From a virus (taxonomy: Duplodnaviria > Caudoviricetes): a stretch of DNA of 31,662 nucleotides. The notes under the pieces were generated by a model. That model was not told the DNA's origin. It made no database searches and was given only the letters and a program-made list of their open reading frames with translations. The stretch lies in IMG/VR virus record IMGVR_UViG_3300034107_000750, positions 1 through 31,662 of that record; one strand, 5' to 3'. The position numbers and the translations under genes were made by a program. Shown here in pieces: positions 28,801 to 31,662 of this stretch (positions are counted from its first letter, which is position 1; each line of letters opens with the position of its first letter).

Positions 28801-30174
28801 TCAGGGAGTTCGGGGACAAGCGGTACTGAAGGTACATCTGGGAGTAGTGGTACATCAGGTTCTAGCGGTACATCAGGTACTAGCGGAACAAGTGGGTCAT
28901 CAGGAACATCTGGAACAAGTGGTAGTTCTGGAACAAGTGGTTCATCGGGAACATCTGGAAGTAGTGGTAGTTCTGGCACAAGTGGAACGTCTGGCACAAG
29001 TGGTAGTTCTGGTACAAGTGGAACGTCTGGCACAAGTGGTAGTAGTGGTACTTCAGGTAGCTCTGGCACAAGTGGTAGTAGTGGTACATCAGGTAGTAGT
29101 GGTTCAAGTGGCACATCGGGTTCTAGTGGAACAAGTGGGAGTAGTGGTACAAGTGGTACAAGTGGGTCATCAGGAACATCTGGGAGTAGTGGTACAAGTG
29201 GTACTGAAGGAACATCAGGTAGTAGTGGTAGTTCCGGAACAAGTGGGTCATCAGGAACATCTGGAAGTAGTGGAACATCTAGTACAAGTGGAACATCAGG
29301 TACAACTGGAACATCAGGTACAACTGGAACAAGTGGAACATCAGGTTCTAGTGGAACATCAGGAAGCAGCGGTCAACCTATTGTTGAATATGCTTTGAGT
29401 GGGGATAAAAATGGGGTTAATAGAACATTCACATCTTCACAAACCATAAATGAATCAAACCACCTTTTCTTCATAAATGGAATTTTATTATCAATCAATG
29501 ATGATTATATTGTAAGTGGAAATGATGTCATATTGTCAAATGATTACTCAGCACCCATTGGGACAGATATTTTAAAATTTTATAGCAGCATTGTATTTTT
29601 AGATAGTGGAACAAGTGGAACATCAAGTACAAGTGGAACATCAGGCTCATCTGGAACAAGTGGAACATCAGGCACAACTGGCACAAGTGGAAGTAGTGGA
29701 ACATCAGGGTCAAGTGGAACAAGCGGTTCATCAGGCAAGGCACTTGATAAATTAACCATAACTGGCACACAAAATAATATAAATACCACATTTACAATAC
29801 CAAGTGGCGTGGAAGTTTCAAATCATTTGTTTTTTTGGAATGGAATATTGCAAGAATATAATGATAGTTATTACATAAGCGGAACAACCTTAACAACAGC
29901 ATATCCACCAAAACCAAATGATATCTTAACCATATATGGAAAAACAGTTGTGGGTATAAATTATGATTTCCAAATCCAAGAATATATTAATGAGAATAAT
30001 AACCATCTTGTTTTTACTGCTGGAACTTTGCCAATCAATTATGCAAGAACACATGTCTATCAAGGAGGTCAAAAACTATACACATCACAATATACCATTG
30101 CAACATCAGCTATAACCATAAATAATACCACACATTACTCTGGAGCAAGTTATCAAATATTTGCGATTATATAA
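25897..30174 (+). CDS. Gly-Ser/Thr triplet-repeat (collagen-like) fibre protein with six repeated globular domains, 1425 aa
   Basis: Multiple (G-T/S-S)n tracts alternating with about 75-aa 'G..NG.N..FT...LF.NG.L....Y..SG..L...AP...D.L' domains. Confidence 0.8.
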   Translation: MSFEYKNPKSSVVLSGPNSVNLDSNTGSNFSSFQVGGFYEVFKLSDLNFTIPSGATGTILYSGNTIPIDFSYNAPNNSPNVINLYSDGVSSGRRKLGMIAYVYENNKTYQYQIPNYETLFNNAVNAGSVVNIDFGYQVYDNTVDGTNLLNAWTGSTIEGISGITRDNARWVEFNPEIYITGGTYSSGNTTLYLYDNSGNTIAVSGFSVSFSGGTGTSGTSGDSTGTSGSSGTSGTQGTSGSSGTSGSSGTTGTSGSSGTSGTSGSSGTSGSSGTSGSSGTSGTSGTTGTSGTSGSSGVNGISAGQVYYFNESQNSDVIGYKTLSITPLATAQQSVVTLVPGNSTGTLVSDYITPELGFSVIPGGTQKFHLHFLKTNQNDLMDAYVEIQLANFSGQTIGPIITSNVSLINWLDGSTPVEVNVDITIPTTTINPTNRMIVRIYLNNQQGSSKNVTFYTEGNTNYSFVLTSVGAIAGSSGISGSSGTSAQPLTELSISGATNGSNRTFTISQAINGSVSLFFVNGQLQQYGVDYTIVGDQLIIDSQNPAPTPNYILKIFGGIILGVNGTSGTSGGTGSSGQTGTAGTSGTSGGTGSSGQTGSSGTSGINGDPIKLITLTGDLNGLNKIFTLSETVLTNNNLLFLNGQLLTYGDDYIISGLTLTLGIDVLAPISSDILRLFGGIVVSQDGTSGTSGTSGTSGSSGTSGTSGSSGTSSTSGTSGTSGSSGTSGTSGKAIDKLTISGTQDNVNTTFTIPSGVEIQNHLFFWNGILQYYGDSYSISGTTLTTAYPPKPNDILTIYGGTVIGVNGTSGTSSTSGTSGSSGSSGTSGSSGTSGSSGTTGTSGTSGTAGTSGQPVNKLILNGAINGVNRTFTISETVLVNNHLFFWNGQLQEYGTTYGVTGTTLETIYAPLSGENLAIYGGVVIGVSGTSGSSGTSGSSGSSGTSGSSGSSGTSGSSGSSGTSGSSGTSGSSGTSGTEGTSGSSGTSGSSGTSGTSGTSGSSGTSGTSGSSGTSGSSGTSGSSGSSGTSGTSGTSGSSGTSGTSGTSGSSGTSGSSGTSGSSGTSGSSGSSGTSGSSGTSGSSGTSGTSGSSGTSGSSGTSGTEGTSGSSGSSGTSGSSGTSGSSGTSSTSGTSGTTGTSGTTGTSGTSGSSGTSGSSGQPIVEYALSGDKNGVNRTFTSSQTINESNHLFFINGILLSINDDYIVSGNDVILSNDYSAPIGTDILKFYSSIVFLDSGTSGTSSTSGTSGSSGTSGTSGTTGTSGSSGTSGSSGTSGSSGKALDKLTITGTQNNINTTFTIPSGVEVSNHLFFWNGILQEYNDSYYISGTTLTTAYPPKPNDILTIYGKTVVGINYDFQIQEYINENNNHLVFTAGTLPINYARTHVYQGGQKLYTSQYTIATSAITINNTTHYSGASYQIFAII
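28669..29373 (+). repeat. Longest G-X-Y tract, about 78 consecutive GTS/GSS triplets
   Basis: 9-bp degenerate coding repeat; one Gly-to-Ser exception (STS). Confidence 0.9.
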
Positions 30175-30214
30175 ATAATATTTACAAAATTTTTAATTAT
30201 TTTATATATTCATA

Positions 30215-30221
30215 TATTTAT
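30215..30221 (+). promoter_or_regulatory. TATTTAT upstream motif
   Basis: 13 nt before the ATG at 30235. Confidence 0.5.
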
Positions 30222-30234
30222 TATTAAAAAATGT

Positions 30235-31662
30235 ATGATGTTAAATAAAACATTTTATTTTATTTTGTTATCGCTTATTCCATTATTAGGTTTTTCTCAA
30301 GCAAATTCCCAATATCCAGATTCAGGTAATAAAATAAGATTGGGTTTTCAAACGACAGCAGATGGTTTGATTTGGCGTGATACACAACCCAATGTGGGGG
30401 TGTATCAACCAATTAATAATAAGGCAGCTTGGGTTGTTCTTGACACAGTTAATAATAAACTTTATCATTATAAAAATTCAGCATGGACTTTGGTAGGGGG
30501 TGACACAACCTCATTATCAAATAGAATTGATTTAAGATTAGAAATTGCTGATACAACAGATATGCTTTCACCTTATTGGAGGTCTGGTAGATTTTCAGGA
30601 GTTTTACCTGTGGCAAATGGGGGAACAAACTTAACAACCTTAACGGCAAACAAGGTGATGGTAGGTAATGGAACAAGTGGAGTTTTAACGCCAACAAATT
30701 TGCATTGGGATAATACAAATAGTCGTTTAGGAATTGGAGCGACAAGTCCTGTTAGTTTACTTCATATTGAAGGTTCAGGACCTATATTAACAATGAATAG
30801 AACTTCGGGTTCATTTAGTAACACTATTAATTTTAAAACTTCAGGAATAGATTATGCTTCTATAATTTCAAATGCAGGAAATGGTGAGCAAAGATATAGC
30901 ATTGGACCTGAGGTTGCTTTTGGTGGATTTCATACATTTTATACAGATACAGATGAAAGAATGCGTATCACTTCAAGTGGCAACGTAGGTATTGGAACTC
31001 CGAGTCCTGGTAATTTATTAACAATTAAAGATAAAAGTCAAATAGGTTTTAGAGATGAGGCATCAAATTATACTCGTAATGCTTTACAAAATTATGCTTA
31101 TACTTCAGGTTATGGAGATGGATTAAGAATTGGTGAACAGTATAATGCAGTATCTATAGGAGGTAATGTTGGGATTGGAACTACAAATCCAACTTTCAAA
31201 CTTGATGTAACAGGTACTGGAAGGTTTAGTGCTGACGTTACAAGCAGTGGTGCATCTCAAAATCTATTCATAGCTGATGGAACTACTTATAGTGGATTAA
31301 GATTAAATAGAGCAGGTGTGGCTAAATGGGCAATATTTAATAACAATGCAGGTACTGACTTTTTAGATTTTTATTGGTATGGTTCATCTCCTGGCACTAA
31401 GTTTAAGATAGAACCCACAGGAGCAGCTACATTTAGTTCAACTATTAAAGTTGGCGATGGTGCTGCTTCATCAAATATTGAAAAATTAATGGTGAATACG
31501 GTGAGTGGCACATCAGCAGGTATTCAATTATTTCAAGATGGTGTTGAATCGTGGATTATTAAAAATCCTGCATCTTCAACTGCTCTCACATTTTCTGCAA
31601 GTAATATCGAAAGAATGCGTATTACAACAGGAGGCAATGTATTAATTAATACTTTAGGAACA
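30235..31662 (+). CDS. Tail-fibre-like beta-repeat protein with N-terminal signal peptide; 3'-truncated and absent from the ORF track
   Basis: Translated by hand: 476 codons with no stop. MMLNKTFYFILLSLIPLLGFSQANSQYP..., LPVANGGT, WDNTNSRLGIG, repeated ERMRITSSGNVGIGT / GNVGIGTTNP / ERMRITTGGNV motifs. Confidence 0.85.
   Translation, partial: MMLNKTFYFILLSLIPLLGFSQANSQYPDSGNKIRLGFQTTADGLIWRDTQPNVGVYQPINNKAAWVVLDTVNNKLYHYKNSAWTLVGGDTTSLSNRIDLRLEIADTTDMLSPYWRSGRFSGVLPVANGGTNLTTLTANKVMVGNGTSGVLTPTNLHWDNTNSRLGIGATSPVSLLHIEGSGPILTMNRTSGSFSNTINFKTSGIDYASIISNAGNGEQRYSIGPEVAFGGFHTFYTDTDERMRITSSGNVGIGTPSPGNLLTIKDKSQIGFRDEASNYTRNALQNYAYTSGYGDGLRIGEQYNAVSIGGNVGIGTTNPTFKLDVTGTGRFSADVTSSGASQNLFIADGTTYSGLRLNRAGVAKWAIFNNNAGTDFLDFYWYGSSPGTKFKIEPTGAATFSSTIKVGDGAASSNIEKLMVNTVSGTSAGIQLFQDGVESWIIKNPASSTALTFSASNIERMRITTGGNVLINTLGT

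Larger units (their letters stand above)
1..31662. mobile_element. Segment of a large contractile-tailed (myovirus-like) bacteriophage genome
   Basis: Phage-type helicase, RNR, MobE-like HNH, gp25- and gp6-like baseplate genes and fibre genes, densely packed with overlapping start/stop codons. No bacterial housekeeping context. Confidence 0.9.

Noticed and set aside
28669-29373. Possible CRISPR array or non-coding satellite
   Set aside because: No constant repeat with unique spacers; variation is synonymous and in frame, so it is a protein-coding repeat.
26475-29791. Antisense and alternative-frame ORFs (VPLVPELP..., VVVVHQ..., HYYH...) in the fibre gene
   Set aside because: Shadows of the 9-bp GTS/GSS coding repeat, which lacks stops in other frames; no independent start signals.
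1-31662. Stop-codon reassignment as in some large or Bacteroidota phages
   Set aside because: The standard code gives near-complete coding density; TAG ends nrdA right after its CxxC tail, and TGA ends genes at ATGA overlaps.

Overview
AT-rich (roughly 28-30% GC by eye), gene-dense fragment of a large myovirus-type (T4-like/'huge') phage genome, read in the standard genetic code. Several independent cues point to a Bacteroidota host. Left part (1-5450): 3' end of a DnaB/gp41-like helicase; a class Id-type (NrdBi/NrdAi) ribonucleotide reductase whose beta gene carries a 243-aa intein with a decayed endonuclease; and a free-standing MobE-like HNH endonuclease between nrdB and nrdA. A bidirectional terminator, one small minus-strand gene and a palindromic divergent promoter region follow. 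The right part (5862-31662) is a co-oriented baseplate/adsorption cluster: gp25-like, gp6-like and probable gp7/P2-gpI-like wedge proteins, a 1635-aa protein with an internal membrane-type hydrophobic block, proteins carrying host-adhesin-type modules (FISUMP, PKD-like, SprB repeats, Pro-Thr linkers), a 1425-aa Gly-Ser/Thr triplet-repeat fibre, and a truncated fibre-like ORF with a Sec-type signal peptide that is missing from the ORF track. A TATTTAT motif lies 13-23 nt upstream of 7 of the 8 starts that follow a sizeable intergenic gap. No tRNA, rRNA, CRISPR array or reverse transcriptase was seen. All family calls come from motif recognition, not database searches.
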